From a virus (lineage: Duplodnaviria; Caudoviricetes): DNA of 30,820 nucleotides. Every line of letters begins with the position of its first letter. Within the stretch, counting starts at the first letter, position 1. Shown here piece by piece: positions 1 to 9,284 of this stretch. The translations under genes were made by a program, and so were the position numbers. The stretch is from IMG/VR virus record IMGVR_UViG_3300022837_000052, positions 1-30,820 of that record; one strand, given 5' to 3'. The notes under the pieces were generated by a model that ran no database searches, was not told the DNA's origin, and saw only the letters and a program-made list of their open reading frames with translations.

Positions 1-132
1 CTATGCTTTACGCATAGCCAACGGCTATTCCTTAACGGCTGGCGCTGGCGTGCCAGAAATTAGGGAACGGCTTAACACGTTCGGTGTGTGAATCTTTTGA
101 GTAGCTCCTGTTGGGTTCACACATCTCAATAC

Positions 133-290
133 CTCGTTCCTCGTTTGCTATGCGTTCGGTTAGCAAACTACTTCTTCCTTTAGGGACTGGCACCTGGCGA
201 TTTTGCTTAGACATCTCGTTTCTCGTTTGCTATACATGTCATTGGCAAACTACTTCTTCCTTTAGGGACTGGCACCTGGCGATTTTGCTT
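133..290. repeat. Imperfect tandem duplication, period 82 bp, with an identical 46-bp core (163-208 = 245-290)
   Basis: GCAAACTACTTCTTCCTTTAGGGACTGGCACCTGGCGATTTTGCTT occurs twice; the preceding 36-nt segments match at 24/36 positions. Confidence 0.95.
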
Positions 291-361
291 TCGCACATTA
301 TTCTAAATTTTTTATTGCTAGACCAAGAGGAGTGTGATACACAAAAGGAAAAGGAGATAAC

Positions 362-613
362 ATGACAGACCAAACAGATAGACTAATAGAAGAAGTACAA
401 TCAAGCAACAAGGCGATTGAACATGAGAACATAAAGAAACAAAATCACAAGCTGAAGCGATTGCTCGCAGAGATGTGTATGCACGCAGATGAGGACACAC
501 CATCAGAACATAGGACTAGACATTTCACAAGCACTATGAATACCTCGTATGACTACTTGCATGAGATAGGACATCTAAAAGAACCCAACAAAAAGCAGGA
601 GGAACAATGCTGA
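362..613 (+). CDS. Hypothetical protein (83 aa)
   Basis: ORF with strong AAGGAG RBS just upstream of ATG; coiled-coil-like N-terminus. Confidence 0.75.
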   Translation: MTDQTDRLIEEVQSSNKAIEHENIKKQNHKLKRLLAEMCMHADEDTPSEHRTRHFTSTMNTSYDYLHEIGHLKEPNKKQEEQC

Positions 614-660
614 TCCTCGTTGTAATCCTCGTTGTAGCCTCGTTTGTTGTATTAGACTAA
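607..660 (+). CDS. Possible 17-aa hydrophobic micropeptide MLILVVILVVASFVVLD
   Basis: AGGAGG at 597-602, ATG 607, TAA 658-660; overlaps the end of the previous gene; may be a by-product of the CTCGTT repeats. Confidence 0.35.
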   Translation: MLILVVILVVASFVVLD

Positions 661-662
661 CC

Positions 663-696
663 CCCAGCACCAGTGCCCAGCACCAGTGCCCAGCAC
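663..696. repeat. Tandem 13-bp repeat CCCAGCACCAGTG x2.6
   Basis: Units at 663-675 and 676-688, partial unit at 689-696. Confidence 0.95.
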
Positions 697-716
697 TAAA
701 ACTTCTTAAATATAAA

Positions 717-743
717 AACCCTCACTAAAAATCAGTGAGGGTT
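717..743. other. Perfect 10-bp inverted repeat (AACCCTCACT-N7-AGTGAGGGTT); hairpin, possibly a minus-strand terminator or an operator
   Basis: Direct inspection; A-run on the left side, no long U-tract on +. Confidence 0.6.
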
Positions 744-810
744 ATTCACAAGCACATCTAAATTAAATTAAAATAAAGTTTATTTTTTTGTATCAATCTT
801 TGTAAAAATC

Positions 811-846
811 TTTATCTTATCCAGATAAGATAAATTATTATCTTAT
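811..846. promoter_or_regulatory. Operator-like palindrome TTTATCTTATC-CA-GATAAGATAAA plus a third half-site TTATCTTAT (838-846)
   Basis: Perfect 11-bp inverted repeat in the AT-rich region upstream of ORF 875. Confidence 0.5.
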
Positions 847-874
847 AAATTAATAAAACAATAAGGAAATAAAA

Positions 875-1252
875 ATGCAAAACGCAAAAAAAACAAAAGC
901 TAACGCAGTGAGCAAGGCAGATGTTAGAGTGCTTAAAGCATACATCAATCAAGCTTACTTACTTAACAAGTATCAAACTTTAAAAGCAGATACTAAAGAA
1001 GTTGTGAAAGGTATCTTTGATAGACTTAAACAAAACGTCTACATCATTGATAACAGTTCTTACATTCAAAAGATTGAACGAACTCAAAGAAGATTTGATA
1101 GTAAGTCATTTATTGAACACGTTAAAAACAGTGGCGATTATAAATTGCAGTTGTTGGTTAATGGCTTTTATAAACAAATAGAAACGCTTGAGTTCAAGCC
1201 TTTCAATGATACATTAGAAAAAATAAAGAAAGGAAATACTAATGCCAAATAA
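875..1252 (+). CDS. Hypothetical protein (125 aa, basic)
   Basis: ORF with AAGGA RBS; overlaps the next ORF. Confidence 0.75.
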   Translation: MQNAKKTKANAVSKADVRVLKAYINQAYLLNKYQTLKADTKEVVKGIFDRLKQNVYIIDNSSYIQKIERTQRRFDSKSFIEHVKNSGDYKLQLLVNGFYKQIETLEFKPFNDTLEKIKKGNTNAK

Positions 1253-1535
1253 CAATGACAATAATAACTTACCATCTAAATTGTTTTCAACTATGCTTGA
1301 TAAACATTTAGGCAACGACATTGATAATAGTAAAATCCAATCGTTGATGAGTGATGACAAGTTCAAGTCGCTTAACTATGAAATACTTTATAAGTTCATG
1401 GAAAGTGCAGTTGAGGAATTTATATTGCTTAACAATGGCAACCCATTAGTTGATGATTTTAGAGAGAGAATATTCTCTAAAATGGGTGATGTAATGAACT
1501 TACTTATGGGCAACCAACCACCTAGAAACGACTAA
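1242..1535 (+). CDS. Hypothetical protein (97 aa)
   Basis: ORF with AAGGA RBS; coupled to the upstream ORF. Confidence 0.7.
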   Translation: MPNNNDNNNLPSKLFSTMLDKHLGNDIDNSKIQSLMSDDKFKSLNYEILYKFMESAVEEFILLNNGNPLVDDFRERIFSKMGDVMNLLMGNQPPRND

Positions 1536-1545
1536 CAACTCTCTC

Positions 1546-1570
1546 ATGGTGGCGACTAGGTCGCCACCAT
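1546..1570. other. GC-rich perfect hairpin ATGGTGGCGAC-TAG-GTCGCCACCAT (terminator-like or packaging-site element)
   Basis: 11-bp perfect stem 10 nt after the stop of ORF 1242; no U-tract. Confidence 0.6.
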
Positions 1571-1713
1571 TCCCCACCTCAATAGAGGTACCAAACCCCC
1601 ACAAAAACTCTTACCTGTACAGGCTTACCCCCACCCCTCTTATTTGGCGTATTATGGTACCTGACGCTTGCCTTTACAATCAGGAATACACATGTATAAA
1701 CTATCAATTACTT

Positions 1714-3180
1714 ATGAGTCTCGATACACTAACAAATGATCAATTAAGAGATCGTGTAGAACAAGCCTACATTCAACATATTAAGTTATGTCAAGATAAT
1801 TTTTTATATTTTGCTCAAGCAGTTTGGCCAGATTTTATTTGTAGAAAAGAAAAGGACCCAAAAAAGTGGGGCCACCATCAACATATTGCTCATGAGTTAA
1901 CTAAAATTGCAGGGGGAAAACAAGGAAGGCTCATTGTGAATATGCCACCCCGTCATACAAAATCTGAATTTGCATCTTTTTTATATCCGGCTTGGTTTAT
2001 AGGGAAGTACCCTAAGAAAAAAATTATGCAAGTTTCACACAACGCTGAACTAGCTGGTAGATTTGGTTCCAAAGTTAGAAACTTAATTGATAGCCAGGAG
2101 TATAAAGAAATTTTTGGAGATGTTAAACTTCGAGAAGACAGTAAAGCAAAAGGCAGGTGGGAGACTAACCATGGCGGTGAGTACTTTGCAGCGGGTGTTG
2201 GCGGATCTATCACAGGTCGAGGGGCCGATTTGCTTATTATAGATGATCCACATACAGAGCAAGATTCTTTATCTGACTCTGCTATGGAAAGAGCGTACGA
2301 TTGGTATTCATCAGGACCCAGACAGCGTTTACAACCAGGTGGTTCCATATTGTTAGTAATGACTCGTTGGGCTCAAGATGATTTAACAGGAAGGCTCGTC
2401 AAAGCACAAAGTGAACCTAAAGCTGATAAATGGAAACTTATAGAATTTCCTGCAATCCTAGATAGTGGGAATCCTGTATGGCCTGAGTATTGGTCATTAG
2501 AAGAATTAGAAGGTGTTAAAGCATCTATTACACCTAGAAACTGGAACGCACAATATATGCAGGACCCAGTTGCTGAAGAAGGTGCCATCATTAAAAGAGA
2601 TTATTGGGTCCCCTGGAAAGGAAAAGTCCCTGCTTTAAAACATGTTATCCAAAGTTATGATACTGCATTTTCTAAAAAAGAATCTGCCGACTACAGTGCT
2701 ATTACTACATGGGGAATATTTGAACCTACTCCAGAAGATAGTTGTTTAATTTTACTTGATGCTGAAAAAGGTCGTTGGGATTTTCCAGAACTTAAAGCTG
2801 TTGCTTTTGAAGCTTATAAATATTGGGAACCAGAGTCAGTTATTGTGGAAGCTAAGGCTAGTGGACAATCTCTAATACAAGAATTAAGGCGTGCTGGTAT
2901 TCCAGTAATTGATTTCATACCTACAAAAGGTAAAGATAAGCATGCTAGAGTTAATGCTGCTTCTCCTGTATTTGAATCAGGAATGGTGTTTTATCCAGAT
3001 GGAGCTCATTTTGCCGAAGAAGTAATAGAGGAATGTGCAGCTTTTCCTTTTGCTCAACATGACGACTATGTCGACAGTACCACACAAGCTGTGTTAAGAT
3101 ATCGACAAGGTAACTTTATATCAACCTATATGGATGAACCAGAAGGTATGAAAATTGAAAGAGACTATAAATATTATTAG
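1714..3180 (+). CDS. terL: Terminase large subunit
   Basis: Walker A-like VNMPPRHTKS, Walker B LLIIDDP, coupling motif VMTRW, nuclease motifs QSYDTA, DYSA and HDDYVDS; start moved from 1546 to ATG 1714 because the upstream part is hairpin/C-run sequence. Confidence 0.95.
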   Translation: MSLDTLTNDQLRDRVEQAYIQHIKLCQDNFLYFAQAVWPDFICRKEKDPKKWGHHQHIAHELTKIAGGKQGRLIVNMPPRHTKSEFASFLYPAWFIGKYPKKKIMQVSHNAELAGRFGSKVRNLIDSQEYKEIFGDVKLREDSKAKGRWETNHGGEYFAAGVGGSITGRGADLLIIDDPHTEQDSLSDSAMERAYDWYSSGPRQRLQPGGSILLVMTRWAQDDLTGRLVKAQSEPKADKWKLIEFPAILDSGNPVWPEYWSLEELEGVKASITPRNWNAQYMQDPVAEEGAIIKRDYWVPWKGKVPALKHVIQSYDTAFSKKESADYSAITTWGIFEPTPEDSCLILLDAEKGRWDFPELKAVAFEAYKYWEPESVIVEAKASGQSLIQELRRAGIPVIDFIPTKGKDKHARVNAASPVFESGMVFYPDGAHFAEEVIEECAAFPFAQHDDYVDSTTQAVLRYRQGNFISTYMDEPEGMKIERDYKYY

Positions 3181-3189
3181 GAGATTATT

Positions 3190-3441
3190 ATGAAAGATTC
3201 AGTAGACGTTTCATACTTTGGTGAAAAAGCTATGAAGAAGTATAAAAAATATAAAGATTCAAAAGAAACTCAACTACATTCTAAGACAGAAAAAGAAGGA
3301 AAAGAAAAAGCAAAAAGTAGAACTCTAAGTGAGATGTCTCAAGAGGAAGGTGTTACACCTAAATTTAATCATGGTGGCGAAGCAGTGGTACAAGGAGTAG
3401 GTATTGCTATTAAAGGTACAGGGTTTAAAGGAGTCTTTTAG
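3190..3441 (+). CDS. Small Lys-rich protein ending KFNHGG...AIKGTGFKGVF
   Basis: AGGAG RBS; C-terminus shared with ORF 9284. Confidence 0.8.
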   Translation: MKDSVDVSYFGEKAMKKYKKYKDSKETQLHSKTEKEGKEKAKSRTLSEMSQEEGVTPKFNHGGEAVVQGVGIAIKGTGFKGVF

Positions 3442-5699
3442 TGGCCGAACAATTTCTAAATACAAATACCTTTCTTGAACAAATAAGAAAAGGTTCTACT
3501 CCATTGACTAAGGAGGATACTTCTATTGTTGTAGATGATAAACGGCCTTCGGCCGTTGGCGGAATAGCAGCACTGGGTGCTACTGCACTAGGTACCGCTT
3601 TAATTGCAAAAAGAATTCCAGGTGCTAGAAACTTTTTTAAGTCTCCAAAGCCAAGTAGTAATGTTACTTACACTCCAAACAAAACAGTATCAGATTCAGC
3701 TGGCGACAGTTTAACGGCCACCGGCCAATCACAAGAATTAATTTTAAGTCCTTCTAAAGCTTTAGTACCAATGTCCTCTCGTTCTAAATTTGGTGAAGTA
3801 CAAAACATTCCTTTCACACAAGGAAAAGGTTATGGTGACACTAATCCAATTGTGGGTTCAGCAACTTTTGATAGAATTAAAGAAGCACAATTTGATTCTG
3901 CTCCGGCAGAACAATGGATTAAGTGGTTAGGAAAAGCAAACAACCCACAACTTAAAGTTAACTCTGGTCCGTTGACCGGTGTCTCTCGTAGAGTAACCGC
4001 TGACGAGTTAGATGAACTTAATATGATAAAATTAAATAAAGACGGTAAACCTGAATCAGGATTCTTAAAAATCGCAATGGATGAGAAACTACCCGTAGAC
4101 AGAGATACTTTATTAGACATGGTAAAAAATTCTCCAATCAATGATTTAAAAACATTAAGGTTAGGAGTTAGAGGAAACCCGACAGAAGAAGTTTTAGAAC
4201 TTACTAATAATTTTAAAAATGTAGCAATTAAACAAGGGCTACAGGACACCGGCACAACTCAATCTATTTTAAATAATTTAAGAGGGCTAGCTAGAACAGC
4301 AGATAATCAAATGAATCCTATGGATGCAGACGCTATAAGAATATTACAAAATGATTTAAGAGATCTAGCAGGAGAAGCATCAGACCCTGCTGCGTTCGCA
4401 AATATATTAGTTAAGTTAAATAGAACTACAGGAGACTATAATCAGTATAGTAAAAAAGTAGATCTTCCAAACGGTTTAAAATTTAGAAGAGATAAAGTAG
4501 GTAAAAATAATTTTTACCCAACTTATAAAAATCAAACAGGGTATGCTTTAAGAGGTGGAGAAAATTATACTGAAGACGTAATTTATTATGGCAAAAGATT
4601 ACCTAATGTTGACGGAGGAAAATTTGCAACGGGTGGCGGAAATCCTCATTTCATAGATAATGAAATTGGTTTTATTAGATACGATGATTTACCTAATCCT
4701 AAACTTGGAGGTAACAAAAGACATTTAAGAGTAAGTGAGGCTCAAACAGATATTCACTCGGAACAATTTTCAGCTAATAAAAGTAGTAGAGAAAATTATT
4801 TTAAAAATAGAATTAATCCTTTCAACACAGAAACTTCAGTTAAGATTCTTAAAAAACAAAGAGATGAGTTAATGGAGAAGGCTGCTCCTTTTAGAGAAAT
4901 TGGTAGAGGGATTGCAGGATTGACTAGAAAACAGCAACAAGAATTAGCTAATGTGAATTACAGGATTTCTCAAATAGAAAAATCTGCTGCAGGTAAGTTA
5001 TTACAAAGAGGAACTATCGAACAAACTACAGCCGCTCCTTTATCTAGATCTTGGCCAGATTATGTAGCTAAGAACTTACTTAGAACAATGGCAGAAAGAA
5101 ACATTAACGCTGTATCTATAATACCTTCATCAATGAATAAAGGAATTAAAATGCCTGGTGGTAGTATGATAGGAGATGAGATTAATTATGGATTAATGGA
5201 TGGAACTACTATTATGAGAACTGCTAGTGGTGAGATTAGAAAAACAAGTTCTCTTGCAACTATGGTAGCTCCTTTTAAAAAAATTGCTAATCAATATGGA
5301 GCTAAATTTGAAATGTTTCCTATGCCTAAATCTAATCCTAATAAAAGATTTAAAGTTGTAGAAGAAATAAGCACTAGAGATAATTCTGAGTATTTAAAAA
5401 ACATTAAAGACGGTAGAGCTACTTATACTTATAAAGACGGAGATAACTATGTGTTTCAAGAGCATATAGGAGCTTCAAATACTTTAGATGAAGCAGAAGA
5501 ATTATTAAAAATATCTTCAGGAGACAGAGGTAAACTAAGAGTAATTGAAATGGGTCCAGACGAACCTAGATTATATGAAACAGTTCCTACTTTAATTGCA
5601 GATGACCAAGTATTAAAGAAATTTTTGTTGCCTATGAAAGCTTATATGAACGCAGGTGGTTTTGTAGACAATACTAATATATTTAAACCACTATTATAG
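3441..5699 (+). CDS. Large protein (752 aa), probable internal virion/ejection protein
   Basis: GTG start coupled to the upstream stop with AAGGAG; one N-terminal hydrophobic segment; RHLRVSEAQTDIH and APLSRSWP..KNLLR resemble the EEIQSD-type motifs I associate with large phage virion proteins; ends YMNAGGFV... Confidence 0.6.
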   Translation: MAEQFLNTNTFLEQIRKGSTPLTKEDTSIVVDDKRPSAVGGIAALGATALGTALIAKRIPGARNFFKSPKPSSNVTYTPNKTVSDSAGDSLTATGQSQELILSPSKALVPMSSRSKFGEVQNIPFTQGKGYGDTNPIVGSATFDRIKEAQFDSAPAEQWIKWLGKANNPQLKVNSGPLTGVSRRVTADELDELNMIKLNKDGKPESGFLKIAMDEKLPVDRDTLLDMVKNSPINDLKTLRLGVRGNPTEEVLELTNNFKNVAIKQGLQDTGTTQSILNNLRGLARTADNQMNPMDADAIRILQNDLRDLAGEASDPAAFANILVKLNRTTGDYNQYSKKVDLPNGLKFRRDKVGKNNFYPTYKNQTGYALRGGENYTEDVIYYGKRLPNVDGGKFATGGGNPHFIDNEIGFIRYDDLPNPKLGGNKRHLRVSEAQTDIHSEQFSANKSSRENYFKNRINPFNTETSVKILKKQRDELMEKAAPFREIGRGIAGLTRKQQQELANVNYRISQIEKSAAGKLLQRGTIEQTTAAPLSRSWPDYVAKNLLRTMAERNINAVSIIPSSMNKGIKMPGGSMIGDEINYGLMDGTTIMRTASGEIRKTSSLATMVAPFKKIANQYGAKFEMFPMPKSNPNKRFKVVEEISTRDNSEYLKNIKDGRATYTYKDGDNYVFQEHIGASNTLDEAEELLKISSGDRGKLRVIEMGPDEPRLYETVPTLIADDQVLKKFLLPMKAYMNAGGFVDNTNIFKPLL

Positions 5700-5752
5700 A
5701 TTTTTAAGTAAATTTGCTTTACAATGTGGCGATAAACCTATAGGAGATAACA

Positions 5753-6097
5753 ATGAAGAAGAATATGAAAAGAGCACTTGCAGCCGGTGTTATTGGTATG
5801 CTTGGTTCTAAAATGGCAGGAGCGGGAACAGGCTCTGCTTTAATGAGACCAAACATGAGAAACATCGCTGGAGAAAAGAAAAAAAGCATTTTAGAAAAGA
5901 TTTTAAATATGGGTCCAGGAAGAAATGCAACATCTAGTAAAGGCGGAACGTTAGCAAGTAAAGTACTAGGAAGTAATGGTTTTGGCTTAGGAGCTATGGA
6001 CGGAGCTAAATACGGTAAAATGATCAAAGCTAACAAAGGTACTTACGTAAAAGCATCTTGTAAGTTAGGAAGAAACAAGCCAACTAAAATAACATAA
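5753..6097 (+). CDS. Small basic Gly/Met/Lys-rich protein
   Basis: AGGAG RBS; C-terminal AKYGKMIKANKGTYVKASCKLGRNKPTKIT. Confidence 0.75.
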   Translation: MKKNMKRALAAGVIGMLGSKMAGAGTGSALMRPNMRNIAGEKKKSILEKILNMGPGRNATSSKGGTLASKVLGSNGFGLGAMDGAKYGKMIKANKGTYVKASCKLGRNKPTKIT

Positions 6098-6103
6098 TAA
6101 TTT

Positions 6104-8440
6104 ATGGCTATTGAGACCGATAATCCAATTGATGAAGAAATTGATATTGAGGAAGAGGCAGTTGTTTCGTTACCTGAAGATGGTGAAGAAGAAGTAGCTG
6201 AAGAAACCGAAGCAGAAGATTTTTTTGCAAACGTTGCAGAAACAATTGATGACAAAGCTTTACAACAGTTAGCGTCTGATTTAATTTCTGAATATGATTC
6301 TGATAAAGAATCTAGAAAAGATTGGGAAGACACTTATAGAAATGGTTTAGATCTTTTAGGATTTAAATACAAATCTACTACACAACCTTTCAAAGGAGCA
6401 AGTAATGTTACTCACCCTTTGTTATCGGAAGCCGTAACACAATTCCAATCACAAGCTTATAAAGAACTCTTACCTTCTGATGGTCCAGTAAAAACTAAAA
6501 TTGTTGGATTACAAAACGAAGAAGTTGAAGCACAATCTCAAAGAGTAAAAGATTTCATGAACTATCAAATCATGGAGAAGATGGAAGAGTACACTCCAGA
6601 GTTTGATCAGTTATTATTTTATTTACCTTTAGCAGGATCTGCATTTAAAAAAATTTATTATGATTCTCTTTTAGAAAGAGCAGTATCAAAGTTTGTTCCA
6701 GCAGAAGATTTAGTAGTACCTTATTACGCAACTGATCTAAAAGATGCTCCAAGAATTACTCACGTTTTAAAACAATCAGAAAACGACTTACTTAAAAAGA
6801 TGGCTTCAGGATTCTACATGGAAGTAGACTTAATGAAACCTCAAAAGAAAGAAGACAAAATTCAAGATAAATACAATGAACTAGAAGGGATTAAACCTGT
6901 TGAAACTAACGACTATATCTACAATGTTTTAGAGATGCATGTTGATTTAGATTTATCTGATTATATTTCAGAAGGTGAGGATTCTTTAGGAATTAAAATT
7001 CCATACATTGTAACAATAGAAGAATCTACAAGACAAGTTTTATCTATATATAGAAATTACAATAAAGATGATTCTAAATTCACAAGAAAAGAATATTTTG
7101 CACACTTTAAATTTTTACCAGGATTAGGTTTTTATGGTTTTGGTTTAATTCACATGATCGGTGGCCTGTCACGAACAGCAACTACTGCTTTAAGACAGTT
7201 ATTAGATGCTGGAACGTTATCTAACTTACCTGCTGGATTTAAATCTAGAGGAATGAGAATTAGAGATGATGACCAACCTATTCAACCAGGAGAGTTCAGA
7301 GACGTAGATGCACCTGGCGGAAATATTAGAGACCAGTTTCAGTTACTACCTTTTAAAGAACCCTCAGCTATTTTATTTAACCTTTTAGGTTTTTGTGTAG
7401 ATGCAGGAAGAAGATTTGCATCTATTGCAGATAACCCAACTGCTGATATGAATTCACAAGCACCTGTTGGAACTACAATTGCTCTTTTAGAAAGAGGTTC
7501 AAGAGTAATTAGTGCTATTCATAAACGTTGTTACTATGCAATGAAGCAAGAATTTAAGTTATTAGCTAATGTAATTTCAGAATATTTACCTCCTGAGTAT
7601 CCTTATTCAGTTTATGGAGCAGAAAGAGTTATAAAATTATTAGATTTTGATGAGAGAGTAGATATTTTACCTGTTGCAGATCCAAATATTTTCTCAATGT
7701 CACAAAGAGTGACGTTAGCACAGACACAATTACAAATAGCACAGTCAAATCCTCAACTTCATAACTTACACGAAGCTTATAGACGTGTTTATGAAGCTTT
7801 AGGAACAAAAGAAATACCTCAATTATTAAAACCAGAGGTAAAACCTATCCCAGAAGATCCTGCAATGGAAAATATGAAAGCAATGCAGATGAAAAGTCTT
7901 GTAGCTTTCCCAGAACAAGATCATGATGCACACATAGCAGCCCATTCAGCGTTTATGAGAACTAGAATGGTTCAAATTAACCCTACTGTATACGCAAATC
8001 TACAAGGACATATTTCTCAGCACGTATCTTTAAAAGCAAGTGCTGAAGTTCAACAAATGATGCAGCAAAATCCTCAAATGATACAGTTATCACAAGAAAA
8101 CCCTCAAGCATTCCAAAATATGCTTAATTCAGAGATAGCTAAACGTGTAGCACAGATAACTTCTGAGTTAGCTCAAGCAGAAATGCAAGCAGATGGAGCT
8201 AAACAAGACCCAATTGTAATGTTGAAACAAAGAGAGCTTGATTTAAGAGCTATGGATTTACAACGTAGGTCTCAAGAGGGTACAATCAAGATAGAAAACC
8301 AAGAAGACCAATTTGAAGACAGATTGGACTTTGATAAAATGAAATTAGAACAAAACGATGACCAGTCAGATGCAAGACTGGAAGTTGCACGTGAAAAAAT
8401 GGAATTAAATCAAAAGAAACAGGAGAAAAAAAATGGGTAA
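6104..8440 (+). CDS. Portal protein (P22-like)
   Basis: Size, position after terL, motifs HPLLSEAVTQFQ, LAGSAFKKIYYD, FLPGLGFYGFG, LLDAGTLSNLP, and a Q/E-rich C-terminal coiled coil. Confidence 0.9.
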   Translation: MAIETDNPIDEEIDIEEEAVVSLPEDGEEEVAEETEAEDFFANVAETIDDKALQQLASDLISEYDSDKESRKDWEDTYRNGLDLLGFKYKSTTQPFKGASNVTHPLLSEAVTQFQSQAYKELLPSDGPVKTKIVGLQNEEVEAQSQRVKDFMNYQIMEKMEEYTPEFDQLLFYLPLAGSAFKKIYYDSLLERAVSKFVPAEDLVVPYYATDLKDAPRITHVLKQSENDLLKKMASGFYMEVDLMKPQKKEDKIQDKYNELEGIKPVETNDYIYNVLEMHVDLDLSDYISEGEDSLGIKIPYIVTIEESTRQVLSIYRNYNKDDSKFTRKEYFAHFKFLPGLGFYGFGLIHMIGGLSRTATTALRQLLDAGTLSNLPAGFKSRGMRIRDDDQPIQPGEFRDVDAPGGNIRDQFQLLPFKEPSAILFNLLGFCVDAGRRFASIADNPTADMNSQAPVGTTIALLERGSRVISAIHKRCYYAMKQEFKLLANVISEYLPPEYPYSVYGAERVIKLLDFDERVDILPVADPNIFSMSQRVTLAQTQLQIAQSNPQLHNLHEAYRRVYEALGTKEIPQLLKPEVKPIPEDPAMENMKAMQMKSLVAFPEQDHDAHIAAHSAFMRTRMVQINPTVYANLQGHISQHVSLKASAEVQQMMQQNPQMIQLSQENPQAFQNMLNSEIAKRVAQITSELAQAEMQADGAKQDPIVMLKQRELDLRAMDLQRRSQEGTIKIENQEDQFEDRLDFDKMKLEQNDDQSDARLEVAREKMELNQKKQEKKNG

Positions 8441-9284
8441 GAAATTAGGATTAGACAAACTTTATAAAAGTATTGGAGTTTTTCCAACAACAAGTAAGTT
8501 TAAGGAAAGATCATTAAAATTAAGAGCAGGAAATCCCAGTAAACTACCTAGTAGTGCTTTAACTGTAGGAAAACCTTTAGTTAACAGTAAGTTTATGGAA
8601 AGATCGTTAAAACTAAGAGCAGGTACAAGTGACGGTAAAAAATATCCTACAGCATTAACTACAAGTGTAAATAAAAGTTCAAAACTTTTAAATATAGGTA
8701 AAAAAGTTTTGGGTAGAACACCTGTGGGTAGAGCAATAAATCTTGCAGTAAATGTTGGATCGGGTATTGGAATAGGATATTCATATGCTAAAAATAAATT
8801 TAAAGGTAAAAGCGAAACTAAAGTAGATAAAAAATCTGCCGGTGGCGAAATGAACCAAATGAATATCAAAGGTTACATGGGTGGTGGAGCATCAAGAGGT
8901 TATGGTGCTGCTAGAACATCTGGAATGGGATTACAAGATGAGTCTTTAATGCCTGGTAAAATGGTTAGAGCTAGCGAAGGTAAAGCTGTAAGACCTTATA
9001 ATCCAAAAGATAAAAAACAAAAAAAAATAACAGATAAACAGAATCCACATTCTTTGTATGATTCTAAAACTGGAAAATTAATATACACTGCCGCTAAAAA
9101 TGGTAAAATGGTTAAGATGAACAGAGGTGGCGGAATGGATGCAGGAGCTGCTCAAAATAAAGCAGATTTTAGAGCAAGAGTTATAAAATATGCACAAAAA
9201 AATAAAGGTGAAGATAGAGTAACTCAATCTGATATAAAAATGGCTGAAAAAACTTTAACAGCAATGAATAAATTAAAAAAATAA
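8433..9284 (+). CDS. Basic low-complexity protein with several xxGG motifs and an internal 31-aa duplication
   Basis: AGGAG RBS; SKFxERSLKLRAG twice; KSAGG, YMGGG, MNRGG. Confidence 0.75.
   Translation: MGKKLGLDKLYKSIGVFPTTSKFKERSLKLRAGNPSKLPSSALTVGKPLVNSKFMERSLKLRAGTSDGKKYPTALTTSVNKSSKLLNIGKKVLGRTPVGRAINLAVNVGSGIGIGYSYAKNKFKGKSETKVDKKSAGGEMNQMNIKGYMGGGASRGYGAARTSGMGLQDESLMPGKMVRASEGKAVRPYNPKDKKQKKITDKQNPHSLYDSKTGKLIYTAAKNGKMVKMNRGGGMDAGAAQNKADFRARVIKYAQKNKGEDRVTQSDIKMAEKTLTAMNKLKK

Noticed and set aside
163-290. Mini CRISPR array (46-bp repeat, 36-bp spacer, 46-bp repeat)
   Set aside because: Only two repeats; the apparent spacer is 24/36 identical to the sequence preceding the first repeat, so it is a tandem duplication; no cas genes in the window
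32-503. ORFs 32-214(-), 111-365(+) and 318-503(-)
   Set aside because: No RBS; they run through the DNA repeats or are antisense to ORF 362
663-696. Chi sites
   Set aside because: The reverse complement (ACTGGTGCTGGG) does not match GCTGGTGG
1572-1637. Minus-strand G-quadruplex from four G-runs
   Set aside because: Two loops are 20 nt or longer; weak candidate, kept only as part of the putative packaging block
1546-1713. 56-aa N-terminal extension of TerL in the ORF track
   Set aside because: The ATG lies inside a hairpin, and the Pro-rich translation derives from C-runs; ATG 1714 is more plausible
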